Source: Candidatus Latescibacterota bacterium (GTDB lineage: Bacteria > Latescibacterota > UBA2968). From it: a stretch of DNA of 64,000 bases. The stretch's first letter is position 1; every line of letters starts with the position of its first letter. The notes under the pieces are model-generated. The model saw only the letters and a list, made by a program, of their open reading frames with translations, was not told the origin of the DNA and ran no database searches. The position numbers were made by a program, and so were the translations under genes. The DNA lies in contig OZ220741.1 in assembly GCA_965116885.1 (NCBI GenBank), positions 2,528,001 to 2,592,000 of the forward strand, given 5' to 3'. Of this stretch, positions 1-10,713 are shown piece by piece.

Positions 1-502
1 CAAAAAACCATTGCGTCTCCTCGACATTGTGCGGCAAGTAGTGAATTTCGGCGTGTTCGGGTTCCAGGTTGTGGTTTTCAAAATAGATCGCTACGTCGGT
101 TTTTTCCGCTCGATGTACCAGGCGTTTCATGCGTTCCATGACAGCATCCCGGCGCAAGGCTATATCGCCAAAGTGATAGCCCCCATGGCCGACGATCCAG
201 CCGCATCCCAACTGAACTGCCAGATCAAAATTGGCGTTTACATAGACATCGACTGCTTCGGATAAAATTGGGACATATTCGGCATTGTTAATGGCGGATG
301 AGGGGTGTACGCCGATTTGCACTGCGTGCTTTTCGCACAGGTCTCGAATGTGTTTTACGCGCGCATTGTCAAAAGAGGCGAGATTATTTGGGGGCATGTC
401 GGCTTGAAAGTCGATATAGCGAAATCCATTTTCTGCGCCCCATACAATACCCTCTTCAAGGGGTGTGGTTCTGTCCATGTTGTATCCAAATCGTCCGCTC
501 AC
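1..502 (-). CDS. Sugar phosphate isomerase/epimerase (xylose isomerase-like TIM barrel), 3' end runs off the window
   Basis: Not in ORF track. Manual minus-strand translation from GTG at 502 (GGAGG upstream): VSGRFGYNMDRTTPLEEGIVWGAENGFRYIDFQ...IGVHPSS...IVGHGGYH...IYFENHN, typical AP-endonuclease-2 barrel motifs. Confidence 0.7.
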   Translation of the reverse strand, partial: MSGRFGYNMDRTTPLEEGIVWGAENGFRYIDFQADMPPNNLASFDNARVKHIRDLCEKHAVQIGVHPSSAINNAEYVPILSEAVDVYVNANFDLAVQLGCGWIVGHGGYHFGDIALRRDAVMERMKRLVHRAEKTDVAIYFENHNLEPEHAEIHYLPHNVEETQWFF

Positions 503-532
503 TCTTGCCTCCATAAAGATGTAAAAAAATCA

Positions 533-1732
533 TTACTCAGTCAGTGCCTGGTACACGAGTGTCTTAAATTCAGCGCGAATGCGATAGTAATTTGCGGGCA
601 TAAATTGCGTGAGCAATAGCCCGACGAGTTCTTCTTCATAATCGATCCAGAACGCAGTTGTTGCCGCACCACCCCAGCGAAATGTTCCCACACTGCCGGG
701 ACCGCCAGCGGCTGCATCGAGCAAAATTGCGCCTCCCAATCCAAAACCTTCACCCGATAGATTTGCCAGTCCGAGAGAGATGGGCATCAATTCGTCGGGC
801 AAGTGGTTCATTGTCATTAGTTCGACGGTTTTGCGTCCCAGAAGGCGCACGCCTTGAAACGCGCCCCCATTGAGCATCATGTGGCAGAAGCGGATGTAAT
901 CAGAGGCTGTGGAGACCAATCCGCCGCCGCCGGAATAGAATTTTTGTGGACTGGAAAATTTGCTGGTTGCCGGGTCGTCAATTACGCGAATCCCACCTTC
1001 TTGTGTCGGGCCGTAATTTGTTGCAAACCGATGTCCCTGGCCCTCGCGCACCCAAAATTCCGTGTCTTCCATGCCCAGGGGATCTAAAATTCGCTCTCTG
1101 AAAAACGCATTGAGAGGCATGCCGGAGATAACTTCGACAAGATGACCGAGTACATCGGTCGATACGCTGTAGCGCCAGGCTGTACCCGGTTGATTCGCCA
1201 GGGGTAGCGTTGCCAGTGTTTGCACCATTTCTTTTGTGGAATGGTCTGGCCGATTAATTTTTGCCTGGTTGTACATTTGTTCGACGGGCGAGTTGCCCAA
1301 AAAGCCATAGGTCATCCCCGATGTGTGGGTCATTAAATGGCGAATCGTGATTTCTCGCTCCAGGTCTTCTGGTGGAACGTCTGTACCGGCGAAGACTTGT
1401 ACATTTTTTAATTCTGGAATAAAATCCGATACGGGGTCATCCAGTTGAAAAAGTCCCTCTTCAAAGAGCATCATGGCCGCGACAGTTGTGATCGGTTTGG
1501 TCATTGAATAAATTCGATAAATCGTATCGCGCGTTGTGGGTACTGTTGTGTCTTGCGTTCCAAAGCAAGAAAAATGCGCGATTTTGCTCTGCCGACAAAC
1601 CATCGTTATGATGCTGACGAGTTTGCCTTCGTCGATATAGCGTTGCATCACGCGGTTGATGCGGTGCAAGCGCGTAGCCGATAGTCCCACATCTTCTGGT
1701 GCAACGGTGGGAAGCCCTGGATCACTGTTCAA
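533..1732 (-). CDS. Serine hydrolase, beta-lactamase class C family
   Basis: IYSMTKP (SxxK), HLMTHTSG, WRYS, GGGLVSTASDY, WGGAA. Start moved to TTG at 1732 after an AAGGAG RBS (track ORF extends to 1933). Confidence 0.85.
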   Translation of the reverse strand: MNSDPGLPTVAPEDVGLSATRLHRINRVMQRYIDEGKLVSIITMVCRQSKIAHFSCFGTQDTTVPTTRDTIYRIYSMTKPITTVAAMMLFEEGLFQLDDPVSDFIPELKNVQVFAGTDVPPEDLEREITIRHLMTHTSGMTYGFLGNSPVEQMYNQAKINRPDHSTKEMVQTLATLPLANQPGTAWRYSVSTDVLGHLVEVISGMPLNAFFRERILDPLGMEDTEFWVREGQGHRFATNYGPTQEGGIRVIDDPATSKFSSPQKFYSGGGGLVSTASDYIRFCHMMLNGGAFQGVRLLGRKTVELMTMNHLPDELMPISLGLANLSGEGFGLGGAILLDAAAGGPGSVGTFRWGGAATTAFWIDYEEELVGLLLTQFMPANYYRIRAEFKTLVYQALTE

Positions 1733-1764
1733 AATTCGCTCCTTTTGATTAAAGTATGTTTCTC

Positions 1765-2925
1765 TCAATTCGCTGTCCCGTTCAGTCCGGCCACCAGATC
1801 TGACGGTATAGATGCCACGTGAATCTGGGGCTGTCCGCTCAGGTCGGATGTGAATACCAGCCACCGCATATCCGGAGAGGCGTAGGCGTGCGGATGCGCT
1901 TTTTTGACGAGGATTGAGGTGCGGGCATCGCATACGACCGCATTTTTTCCCGTCTGAATGGATCCCAGTATGAGCTTGCCGGACCCCTGCCAGTCATCGG
2001 CAAAAAAGTACTGGCCACACGGAGATGTCCCCAGGTGATTAAACCGGTACCCGCGCGAGACGCTCCGGGGCGGTGCCCCGGCTTTTACGCCCAGGAGGTT
2101 GCCCTTTTCGGGTGTGTAATCGCCTTCTGCAAAATACCATTCTTCGGGGCTGTGTAGCCCACGGGCGTTTGGGGCACGGACTGTGAGCAAGATCTCGTTC
2201 GTTCCCGCAATCCAGGCCTCGTGTCCCACGATGCTGGGCGTATAAGGTTCCCCTACCTGCAACCGCGTCACCTTTCCGCTCGGGATATCCAGGAGAAATT
2301 CCGTGGCACCCTGCTCTCCGAAAATTACCGCCCTGGTACCGTCGGGTAGCACCTCGCATCCCCGGTTGTGCTGTACCATAATTTGCTTGCCCCAGGTGGG
2401 CTCGAACTGGGTGTGGGGGTTGCAAATATCCGGATCGGTGTGGATGAGATCCCGCGTGCCGGTTTTCAAATCCAGCAGTTCGATCCCGAACATCTGGGGT
2501 TCCAGGCTGAGGGTGACGCCATAGGCATAGTAGCGCTCGTCGGGAGACACCGTGTCCATCCCCCGGTGCTGAAAATCTTCGGGAAATTCGAAAATTACCT
2601 CCCATTTGCCCGTGGCGAGATCCACCCGCCGCAGTTCCAGGCATTTTCCCTCCCGAACATGGCGGTAGTAAAAGATCCCGGTATGGCTCATCCCCGGTGC
2701 CCGCAGTCCCTGCCCCACAACCTCACGCTTCCAGGTCCCGAATTCGCAGGTCACATATTCGGTATGGTTCGGGCCGGGTTTCGGGTTTTGTTGTTCGTAC
2801 ACAAAAACCCGGGAATCCGCCGAACAGTAGGGTTGTTCGCAGTAAATATTGGATTTTTCGAGTGGGTCGTCGGTGATCTGATAGACGACAGCGCCGCTTG
2901 CATCTTCCTCAAGTATTCTGGCCAT
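1765..2925 (-). CDS. Oligogalacturonate lyase / TolB-like beta-propeller protein
   Basis: H-x-QF-x-P...HN, GHEAW, NH, C-terminal HPHAYASPDMRWLVFTSDLSGQPQIH. Confidence 0.65.
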   Translation of the reverse strand: MARILEEDASGAVVYQITDDPLEKSNIYCEQPYCSADSRVFVYEQQNPKPGPNHTEYVTCEFGTWKREVVGQGLRAPGMSHTGIFYYRHVREGKCLELRRVDLATGKWEVIFEFPEDFQHRGMDTVSPDERYYAYGVTLSLEPQMFGIELLDLKTGTRDLIHTDPDICNPHTQFEPTWGKQIMVQHNRGCEVLPDGTRAVIFGEQGATEFLLDIPSGKVTRLQVGEPYTPSIVGHEAWIAGTNEILLTVRAPNARGLHSPEEWYFAEGDYTPEKGNLLGVKAGAPPRSVSRGYRFNHLGTSPCGQYFFADDWQGSGKLILGSIQTGKNAVVCDARTSILVKKAHPHAYASPDMRWLVFTSDLSGQPQIHVASIPSDLVAGLNGTAN

Positions 2926-2975
2926 CGCTGGTCTCCTTTTTTATTGTCCTCCTGGTTCCGGTGGCCAATGTCCTG

Positions 2976-4127
2976 TTATGGTTCAATCAGATTGTCGTTA
3001 ATATAGTCCCAGTTGAAATCAAATCCCAGACCTGGTAGCTGAGGGAGGATGACATTGCCGTCATCATCCAGGGGATCTACAATGGAATTCAAATAGGGCG
3101 GTGGGGTTTCGTAGTCGAAGTCGGGACGCAAGAGGCCGCGTTCATAGTATTCACAGGTTGCTTCTGTTGTTGCGCCCAGGATTTGACAGTTTGCCCATCC
3201 GCCATAGTGCATTTCACACTGAATGCCGAAGGCCTGTGCCACATTCACCATTTTATAGCATCCCGTGATGCCGCCATAGTTTTGGTCAATGCGCAGCATG
3301 TCAGATGCCCCCTGGAGCACCCATTCGGCACGTGTGAAGACGCCGCCGGGAATGTGTTCTGGCGAGAGTATGGCGATGTCCAGTTCGCGGGTCAATCGTC
3401 GGTATGCTTCTGTTCGCGTTTCTACCATGGGGTGTTCGAGCCAGTAATAGTTCAGTTTTTCCAGTTCGCGGCCGACCCACAGAGATTGCTCCAGGGTATA
3501 TACGCCGAAGGGATCGAGCATCAAGACCATGTCGTCGCCGACCGCTTCGCGCACGGCTTTACATACTTCTATGTCTTCTTTGGGAAATCCGGGAACTTGA
3601 GGCGCAGGTTCCCAGGTGTGAGGATTCCAGCAGATGTACGCGTGAACTTTGTAGGCTTTGTATCCCTGTTTTTTGCATTCGAGCGCATGTTCGGCATAAT
3701 CTTCTGGTTTGCCGATGTTGGGATAGGTGCTGGCATAAGCTTTTACTTTGTCGCGGGCACCGCCGAGAATTTTGTGTACGGGCAGGTCAACCATTCTGCC
3801 GAACAGGTCCCAAAGGGCGCAATCGACTGCACCCATAACATGCTCGGGCAATGAATGACCGAAGGTGACCAACTGGTCCATCCAGTTCCAGATGGTTTCA
3901 CGCGCAAGAGGATCCTCGCCGATTAACATGCGCTTGATCGGACCTTCGAGATATCGCCGATCGCCGCCAACCATATATCCTTCAAGCCCTTCATCAGTTA
4001 CAATTTTGAAGATTGAGCTTGCCGACTCTTTTTGTTCTTCTCCCCAGACGCCGTAACCCCACTTACTCGGTCGAGACCTGCCGCCTGGCGTGCGGAATGT
4101 AATCACTTCGATGTCTGTAATTTTCAT
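2976..4127 (-). CDS. Mandelate racemase/muconate lactonizing enzyme family (enolase superfamily)
   Basis: MKITDIE start, VDCALWDL.G, GYKAYKVH (KxK), LMLDP, WLEHP, P..PGLG. Confidence 0.88.
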   Translation of the reverse strand: MKITDIEVITFRTPGGRSRPSKWGYGVWGEEQKESASSIFKIVTDEGLEGYMVGGDRRYLEGPIKRMLIGEDPLARETIWNWMDQLVTFGHSLPEHVMGAVDCALWDLFGRMVDLPVHKILGGARDKVKAYASTYPNIGKPEDYAEHALECKKQGYKAYKVHAYICWNPHTWEPAPQVPGFPKEDIEVCKAVREAVGDDMVLMLDPFGVYTLEQSLWVGRELEKLNYYWLEHPMVETRTEAYRRLTRELDIAILSPEHIPGGVFTRAEWVLQGASDMLRIDQNYGGITGCYKMVNVAQAFGIQCEMHYGGWANCQILGATTEATCEYYERGLLRPDFDYETPPPYLNSIVDPLDDDGNVILPQLPGLGFDFNWDYINDNLIEP

Positions 4128-4262
4128 GGGGACCTCAATTCAAAAGACGAAAAGGAATACAGATTACTCGCGATGTTTCAAATTAGCTTCTTATACTCAA
4201 AAATCAAGAATAATAGATTGACATTTGTTCATGGGTTTTAGATTGCCTTCTTTTTTTGCATT

Positions 4263-4297
4263 AAAAAAGGCTTACAAGAATTTTTGTAAGCCTTTTT
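4263..4297. terminator. Bidirectional intrinsic terminator downstream of tRNA-Val
   Basis: AAAAAAGGCTTACAAG-AAT-TTTGTAAGCCTTTTT inverted repeat with A/T tails. Confidence 0.8.
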
Positions 4298-4304
4298 GTG
4301 TTTA

Positions 4305-4381
4305 TGGTGGGCGATACTGGATTCGAACCAGTGACCTCCTGCTTGTAAGGCAGGCGCTCTAACCAGCTGAGCTAACCGCCC
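4305..4381 (-). tRNA. tRNA-Val(TAC)
   Basis: Reverse complement GGGCGGTTAGCTCAGCTGGTTAGAGCGCCTGCCT-TAC-AAGCAGGAGGTCACTGGTTCGAATCCAGTATCGCCCACCA: cloverleaf, TTCGAA T-loop, encoded CCA. Confidence 0.97.
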
Positions 4382-4395
4382 GGATAATGTTAAAC

Positions 4396-4650
4396 CTATC
4401 CCACATCAGTTGATGGCTCCTCTTCTTTCTGCCTGCTGAGCAGGGCTATTGGGATGAATACGCAGTAACCGAGCACGAGCAGCAGCGGGGCAAGCGTGAG
4501 GGACATAAAACCATCGACTGGCGGTAGGGAGAGAAAAATATAGCCCAGTGCAATGGCGACAAGTCCAAGCCCAAAAAGCCACATATTCCGTTCTGAATAG
4601 GGCAGCTTTGGCCGGGATTTGGGACGTTGTCGCGCTCGGCGAGGAGGCAT
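4396..4650 (-). CDS. Small 2-TM membrane protein, DUF3098-like
   Basis: LPYSERNMWLFGLGLVAIALGYIFL...SLTLAPLLLVLGY pattern; ATG at 4650. Confidence 0.6.
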   Translation of the reverse strand: MPPRRARQRPKSRPKLPYSERNMWLFGLGLVAIALGYIFLSLPPVDGFMSLTLAPLLLVLGYCVFIPIALLSRQKEEEPSTDVG

Positions 4651-4660
4651 AATAGAATTC

Positions 4661-5008
4661 CTATCGACGTTCTGTAATGCGGGCAGCACGACCGCGCCGA
4701 TCGCGTAGATAATAAATTTTTGATCGACGCACTTTACCGCGACGCAGTACGTCTATTTTAGCTATGCGAGGCGTGTGCAGTGGAAAGATGCGCTCTACCC
4801 CAACGCCCGCCGTGCTAATTTTGCGAACCGTAAATGTCGCGTGAATGCCCGGTCCTCGGCGCTGGATGACCACACCCTCAAAAAGCTGGATGCGTTCTTT
4901 TTGTCCTTCTACCACGCGGACATGCACGCGCACGGTATCGCCGGCTTCAAACTCGGGCACATCATCGCGCAGTTGTGCTTTGGAAACAGATTTCAAAATG
5001 GCATCCAT
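4661..5008 (-). CDS. rplS: 50S ribosomal protein L19
   Basis: [31 protein letters not shown]...GVERIFP...[15 protein letters not shown] 5008 has better RBS spacing than 5017. Confidence 0.98.
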   Translation of the reverse strand: MDAILKSVSKAQLRDDVPEFEAGDTVRVHVRVVEGQKERIQLFEGVVIQRRGPGIHATFTVRKISTAGVGVERIFPLHTPRIAKIDVLRRGKVRRSKIYYLRDRRGRAARITERR

Positions 5009-5052
5009 GATGTACATACTCCTGAAAAAAATGAAAGTTCAAACAAAGTTGG

Positions 5053-5721
5053 TTATTCCAACAAATCGGGGCGTCGCTCAAGTGTGCGTTTTCGAGCGTT
5101 GTCCCGCCGCCATTGGGCGACTTTTTTGTGATCTCCGCTGAGCAATGCCTCTGGCACGGTCAGGCCTTCAAATTCACGAGGTCGCGTGTACCACGCACAA
5201 TCCAACAGACTATTTTGAAACGAGTCTTCAAGTGCCGACTCGGCATTGCCAATGGCACCCGGAATCAACCGGATCAACGCATCGATCAAAATGAGGGCGG
5301 GCAATTCACCACCGCTGAGGACGTAATCGCCGATTGAAATTTCATCATCGACATAGTTTTTGCGAACGCGCTCATCAATGCCGCGATAGTGACCGCACAA
5401 CAATACGAGATGGTCCGACAAAGACAATTCATTAGCGACAGATTGCGTAAATAGCCGCCCTTGAGGTGTGAGAAAAATCACGCGACCACCTGTGGGGAGT
5501 GCTTCTATCGCGCGTGCAATGGGTTCGGGTTTGAAGATCATTCCCGCGCCACCGCCATAAGGCGTGTCGTCGATTGTTTTGTGCTTGTCGTTTGCGTGGT
5601 CTCGAAGGTCGTGCGCCAAAACGTCGATCAATCCCGCATCAATGGCGCGTCGCGGGATACTGTACTTTAGTACATCCCGAATCAGATCGGGAAAAATTGT
5701 GATCACGTCTATTCGCATCAC
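5053..5721 (-). CDS. trmD: tRNA (guanine-N1)-methyltransferase
   Basis: DDTPYGGGAGM, CGHYRGIDERV, SIGDYVLSGGELPA; canonical operon position. Confidence 0.98.
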   Translation of the reverse strand: MMRIDVITIFPDLIRDVLKYSIPRRAIDAGLIDVLAHDLRDHANDKHKTIDDTPYGGGAGMIFKPEPIARAIEALPTGGRVIFLTPQGRLFTQSVANELSLSDHLVLLCGHYRGIDERVRKNYVDDEISIGDYVLSGGELPALILIDALIRLIPGAIGNAESALEDSFQNSLLDCAWYTRPREFEGLTVPEALLSGDHKKVAQWRRDNARKRTLERRPDLLE

Positions 5722-5732
5722 AGATGGTCGTC

Positions 5733-6266
5733 CTACAAAAGTCCTTCGATTTCCTGAACGACAATTTTGCCGGCTTTTTGATCCACGCGGACAATCTCGC
5801 GTACGGCTGGGATCAATACGTCTTCGCCGTTGCGATCCACCACATACACATCGTTGGCCGGATACGACAAGACTTCTACGACATGTCCCACCATGGTGCC
5901 AGATGCTGTTTCAACTGGCAATCCCTCGATTTCAAAAACGTAAAACGAATTGTCGGGCAAGGGATGCACGGCATCGCGAGCTACTAAAATGAAGTGCTCG
6001 CGCAATCGCCCCACATGTTCAGGGGTATCAATGTCTTGAAATTTGATCGCCAGGCGAGAACCATAAGCGCGTACATAAGCCACATTCAATACAGAATATG
6101 TGCCATCGGGTGCTTCGACGCGCACAGAGTCCAAATCGTCAAATCGCTGCGGAAAGTCGGTCAGCGGTAGCAAAAAAGCTTCACCCCGAATGCCTCGGGG
6201 TTTCATAATTTTGCCAACCGTGATAAAGTCTGTGCTGGAGTGGTTTAATTCAGTATCCGGCTCCAA
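5733..6266 (-). CDS. rimM: Ribosome maturation factor RimM
   Basis: VGKIMKPRGIRGE, FYVFEIEGL, ANDVYVV, LIPAV; between rpsP and trmD. Confidence 0.95.
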   Translation of the reverse strand: MEPDTELNHSSTDFITVGKIMKPRGIRGEAFLLPLTDFPQRFDDLDSVRVEAPDGTYSVLNVAYVRAYGSRLAIKFQDIDTPEHVGRLREHFILVARDAVHPLPDNSFYVFEIEGLPVETASGTMVGHVVEVLSYPANDVYVVDRNGEDVLIPAVREIVRVDQKAGKIVVQEIEGLL

Positions 6267-6269
6267 GAC

Positions 6270-6572
6270 TTATTCCTCAGATGGCGCGTCTGACTCAGCA
6301 TCCTCAGGTTGTGCGTCTTCATCGCGATTTTGTTTGAGCAGACCCTTTTGGCGAAATAAACTACGCACTGTATCGGAGGGCTGTGCGCCCACGCCCAACC
6401 AATACCTTATGCGGTCTTCTTTCAATTCGATAATCTGGGGATCTTTTGTCGGATTATAATGCCCCAAAATCTCGATGAATCGACCGTCGCGAGGTGAGGC
6501 GGAATCAGTCGCTACCACGCGGTAGAACGGCGCTTTTTTTGCGCCCATACGACGTAAGCGAAGTCGAACCAA
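6270..6572 (-). CDS. rpsP: 30S ribosomal protein S16
   Basis: [40 protein letters not shown]. Confidence 0.98.
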   Translation of the reverse strand: MVRLRLRRMGAKKAPFYRVVATDSASPRDGRFIEILGHYNPTKDPQIIELKEDRIRYWLGVGAQPSDTVRSLFRQKGLLKQNRDEDAQPEDAESDAPSEE

Positions 6573-6588
6573 ATCAAACTCCTTTGTG

Positions 6589-7914
6589 TTATCCGAACAT
6601 CGGGATTGCCATTTTGCCCTGTTTTTCCATACGGGACATGCGTTTCATCATTTTTTGCATCATGTTGAATTGCTTGAGCAATTTGTTGACATCTTGAATA
6701 CTGCGTCCGCTGCCATTTGCTATGCGTTTGCGCCTGCTGCCATTAATAATATGCGGTTTGTCGCGTTCTGCTGGTGTCATCGAATAGATGATTGCCTCAA
6801 TATGCGAGAAGGTCTTTTCATCTACCTGCAAATCCGGCATGGACTTGCTTACTCCGGGAATCATTTTCATCAATTGATCTAAGGGCCCCATTTGCCTGAT
6901 TTGCGCCATTTGCTCGAGAAAATCGTCAAATGTGAAGGATGCCGAGCGGAGTTTTTGCTCGACTTTTCTGGCCTGTTCATCGTCAATGGACGCCTGTGCT
7001 TTTTCCACCAGTGTAACCACATCGCCCATGCCCAAAATGCGGGAGGCCATGCGGTCGGGATGAAATACTTCCAGACCATCGATTTTCTCGCTGACGCCGA
7101 TGTATTTAATCGGAACGCCCGCAACCTCGCGGATGGATAAAGCCGCACCGCCGCGGGTATCGCTGTCCATGCGCGTGAGTATCACACCCGAAAAATTGAG
7201 TTTTTCGTAAAAGGCCGAGGCTGACGATACGGCATCTTGCCCGGTCATGGCGTCGCACACGAACAGAATTTCTGAGGGCGATACGGCCTCGCGGATGCGA
7301 AATACCTCATCCATGCGCTCGTCATCAACGTGTAGCCGGCCCGCCGTGTCGAGAATTACCACATCGAAATTTTCATTTTTCGCCCGATCCATCGCTTGCG
7401 TGCAAATATCGACCGGATCGGTACCTTCTGGCGCCCGATGCACGGGTGCGCCTACTTGCTCGCCGAGTACGCAAAGTTGATCAATTGCTGCGGGACGATA
7501 AATATCAGCCGCCACGAGCAGGGATTTTTTGTTTTCCGATGCCAATAATCGGGCCAATTTTGCTGCGGCTGTCGTTTTTCCCGCTCCTTGAAGCCCGACC
7601 ATCATTATTGCTGAGGGCGGCGATTCTGCAAATTGCAACGCGGCATTTTGATTGCCCATCAACGCGATCAATTCGTCGTGGACAACTTTTACAACTTGCT
7701 GCCCGGGCGTGATGCTTTTGAGCACTTCACGCCCTATGGCGCGTTCTTTGACCCGCGCGATAAACGAGCGGGCGACCTTGTAGTTGACATCTGCCTCGAG
7801 CAATGCCCGGCGCACCTCTCGCATGGCGTCGTCGATGTTCGATTCGCTCAATCGACCGCGGCTGCGAAGTTGCTTAAAAACGCCATTGAGGCGCTCTGTC
7901 AACATTTCAAACAT
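6589..7914 (-). CDS. ffh: Signal recognition particle protein
   Basis: [30 protein letters not shown], Met-rich M domain. Confidence 0.98.
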   Translation of the reverse strand: MFEMLTERLNGVFKQLRSRGRLSESNIDDAMREVRRALLEADVNYKVARSFIARVKERAIGREVLKSITPGQQVVKVVHDELIALMGNQNAALQFAESPPSAIMMVGLQGAGKTTAAAKLARLLASENKKSLLVAADIYRPAAIDQLCVLGEQVGAPVHRAPEGTDPVDICTQAMDRAKNENFDVVILDTAGRLHVDDERMDEVFRIREAVSPSEILFVCDAMTGQDAVSSASAFYEKLNFSGVILTRMDSDTRGGAALSIREVAGVPIKYIGVSEKIDGLEVFHPDRMASRILGMGDVVTLVEKAQASIDDEQARKVEQKLRSASFTFDDFLEQMAQIRQMGPLDQLMKMIPGVSKSMPDLQVDEKTFSHIEAIIYSMTPAERDKPHIINGSRRKRIANGSGRSIQDVNKLLKQFNMMQKMMKRMSRMEKQGKMAIPMFG

Positions 7915-8009
7915 AAATAAACCTTAAAAAATAACTGGGCAAGACGGAAGAATATAGAAGATTCGTCGATTTTATGCAAGAAATAAGCTGACGAAAAAAC
8001 CCCTCCTGA

Positions 8010-8666
8010 CTATCCCATTGCCGCCTGGCGAATGGTCTGTATGTTTTTTGCAATAGCCCCGTCGCGAAATACTGCCGAACCCGCTACGAGCACTTGTACG
8101 CCGGCTTCGACTACCTGATGCGCGTTTTCCACGCCAATGCCGCCGTCAATTTCTATTTCTACATCCAATCCCCGCCGCGCAATTTCGGCTTTTAATGCCC
8201 GCACCCGGTCGAGAGACGCCGGCATAAACGACTGGCCACCAAAGCCCGGTTCGACCGACATAATGAGTGCGAGGTCCAGGCTGGGTAACAGTGGAAATAA
8301 CGCCTCGATCTCCGTGCCCGGGCGCAGGGTAGCACCGGCTTTCATATTGGCTTTTCGGATGCGGTCCAACAGTGTGGGTACATCTTCTTCGACTTCGACA
8401 TGAACGGTCAAAATATCTGTGCCGGCATCGGCAAAGTCTTTCAGATATTTACCGGGTTCAGAGATCATGAGATGCACGTCCAGCACCAGGTCTGTTGTTT
8501 TGCGAATGGCTTCAACGACCAGCGCTCCAAATGTGATATTGGGCACAAAATGTCCGTCCATAATATCCAGATGGATATATTCGGCACCGGCCTCTTCGAC
8601 CAGACGCACCTGATTTTCGAGTGTGCGGAAATCGGCAGAGAGAAATGATGGGGCGATTTTTACCAT
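8010..8666 (-). CDS. rpe: Ribulose-phosphate 3-epimerase
   Basis: IAPSFLSADF, HLDIMDGHFVPNITFG, MSVEPGFGGQSF, DGGI. Confidence 0.97.
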   Translation of the reverse strand: MVKIAPSFLSADFRTLENQVRLVEEAGAEYIHLDIMDGHFVPNITFGALVVEAIRKTTDLVLDVHLMISEPGKYLKDFADAGTDILTVHVEVEEDVPTLLDRIRKANMKAGATLRPGTEIEALFPLLPSLDLALIMSVEPGFGGQSFMPASLDRVRALKAEIARRGLDVEIEIDGGIGVENAHQVVEAGVQVLVAGSAVFRDGAIAKNIQTIRQAAMG

Positions 8667-8688
8667 TTTAACCTCAAATAAGACTTTT

Positions 8689-9429
8689 TCACAGTTTGCT
8701 CACAATCAATAGGACAGGAGACCCGCGTTTTATTGGCGTGTCCGATTCTGGCGCCTGGCGGATTACGACGTCGGGTTCATAAGCGGTGCTAAATTCGTAT
8801 CGGATATTATTTGGCTGCAGACCGAGCGATAATAGCAAGCGCCGGGCTTCATCTAATTTTAGCTCGGTAACCCGGGGCATATTGACATAAGCGCGAGGTG
8901 GACCCGTGCTTACAATCAGTTCGACCTGCGTCCCCTGGGCGACTTTCTCGCCAGCTTTGGGTTTGTGATCGATAATATTGCCCTCTTTTATTTCTGAAGA
9001 TGATATTTCGGTGACTTTACCGACGGTCAAATCTGCCTGTGCAATCCACAACTGAGCCTGTCGCAAAGGACGGTTGAGAAGATCGGGTACGGCGTGGAGA
9101 CGCTGTCCCAAACTCGACGCGACATAGACCGTACGATTGGGTTTTACATGCGAGAGAGCAGACGGATTTTGCCACACAATTTGTCCTGCAGGCACAGAAG
9201 TATCCCAGCGAGGTTCTCGTTCTTTCATGCGCAGGCCCTTGTCTTGTAATCGCGCCTGTGCCTGTGAAGGAGTAAGCCCGATGAGATCGGGAACAGCGAC
9301 TTCTACGCCTTGCCGCACATAGATCGGCATTGCAATTTGATCGACCACAATCAATCCGACTATTGCCGTAAGTATGGCACACGTCCCAAAAAGAGCGATT
9401 TCGCGCAAAATTTTTAAACCCAAATTCAT
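8689..9429 (-). CDS. Membrane-anchored PASTA domain protein (3 repeats)
   Basis: N-terminal TM then three VPDL/MPRV...Q-P...VS repeats. Confidence 0.88.
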   Translation of the reverse strand: MNLGLKILREIALFGTCAILTAIVGLIVVDQIAMPIYVRQGVEVAVPDLIGLTPSQAQARLQDKGLRMKEREPRWDTSVPAGQIVWQNPSALSHVKPNRTVYVASSLGQRLHAVPDLLNRPLRQAQLWIAQADLTVGKVTEISSSEIKEGNIIDHKPKAGEKVAQGTQVELIVSTGPPRAYVNMPRVTELKLDEARRLLLSLGLQPNNIRYEFSTAYEPDVVIRQAPESDTPIKRGSPVLLIVSKL

Positions 9430-9499
9430 TCAGGCCTCCAACTCCCAAAATAGCTGAAGGCCCAAATCCTGTCAAGCGCGGATGCTTTATAACGCGGGG

Positions 9500-10309
9500 T
9501 TAATGCTCATAGATTACTGAAGCGCGATGCGTGATTCCCAGTATTGTATGCCATACTGCAGCATAGTCAATCGCAAAGCCGCCTGTTCGCAGGCCAAAGC
9601 CCGCGCTCAATCGTTCCGGCTGGCCGCCTGCACCCGTGCGCAGTACCAGTTGGGGATGGATATGATATATTATCCCTATGCCCGCACCTGTGGGGAAATT
9701 CGCTTCTTTCTGTATATCCGCCACCAGCGCGACCTGTGGCATGATGGCAATACCCATTCCCACGGTACCACTCTGTCCCAAAAGCGATGTATGACTGCCA
9801 CCTGCATTCCATATTGCTGCGCCGAGAAAGACGCCTTCGCGTATCTGCAATTTTATTCCCGCGTCGAATACTACCCAGTGTTGTGTGGGCATTCCCGCTG
9901 TGCTCAGTTGCAAGGCGCGTATGCCGAACCCCAGGCCCAGTTGTTGAAATACGCGCAGTCCATAAATGAGACCCAATACCTGTTCTTTGTATAGCGCGAA
10001 TCCAAATCCCGTATATCTCAGGCCCAGGCCGTGACGTCCAGTCCGCAGGCCAGCACTGAACGCATGGGTTGCCAGTTCGGCTATTCCAAAGGGCCGGTCA
10101 TACGTGCCAAACAAGCTTATTCGCTTGCCCCAGGCCAATGCTGCGGGATTCCAAAAAGCACCTGCGGCACCGGTAGCCAGTGCCACGCCTGCATCGCCAG
10201 TAGCGGAGGTATGGGCTCCAATGGGTTGAAATTCAAAGGCTGTGTGAGCAGATGAAGGGAGGAGTGTGAAAAGTAAAACAAGGATAATCTGACGATATTT
10301 TGTTCGCAT
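9500..10309 (-). CDS. Outer-membrane beta-barrel, PorV/PorQ/FadL-like
   Basis: Signal peptide, G-A-x-x-x-A-x-G...FWNPAAL motif, alternating beta strands, LGITHRAS C-terminus; start at ATG 10309. Confidence 0.6.
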   Translation of the reverse strand: MRTKYRQIILVLLFTLLPSSAHTAFEFQPIGAHTSATGDAGVALATGAAGAFWNPAALAWGKRISLFGTYDRPFGIAELATHAFSAGLRTGRHGLGLRYTGFGFALYKEQVLGLIYGLRVFQQLGLGFGIRALQLSTAGMPTQHWVVFDAGIKLQIREGVFLGAAIWNAGGSHTSLLGQSGTVGMGIAIMPQVALVADIQKEANFPTGAGIGIIYHIHPQLVLRTGAGGQPERLSAGFGLRTGGFAIDYAAVWHTILGITHRASVIYEH

Positions 10310-10713
10310 AAGCGGACTGAGAAACAGTTGATCTGGCATGTGAGACCACGTATGAAATGGGTTAGAGGATGCGTGTTGTCGCAATTTATCTGCAAATACC
10401 CTGCCAGACTGATGATTTTACCCATTTTCTTTTTAACTCGTTGATATTACACGCCAAAATCTGTCTTATTGCCAGTCAGGGCGAGCGGGTACCTGTCGGC
10501 GGATATGCGACAGAGTATTTCAATCTGTCGCTTGTTATTAGACAAGCGATGCGCGTTCTTCGGGGAGTAAAACGCGATGTCATAAGGAAATTCTTTTGAG
10601 GTTGGGGCATGGGAAGGATAAACGGCGGTTCGCTTCGCGTTTGATTTTTTTTACAAAAAAGCTGATATTTTATCCGTCCGGTTTCTGCGAATCTTCACCT
10701 GGGAGAGAAGGTT

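Noticed and set aside
4305..4381. tRNA-Val as an island attachment site
   Set aside because: No integrase nearby and no duplicated tRNA 3' end seen in the window
10369..10650. Small ORFs or ncRNA in the divergent intergenic region
   Set aside because: No RBS, motif or convincing structure
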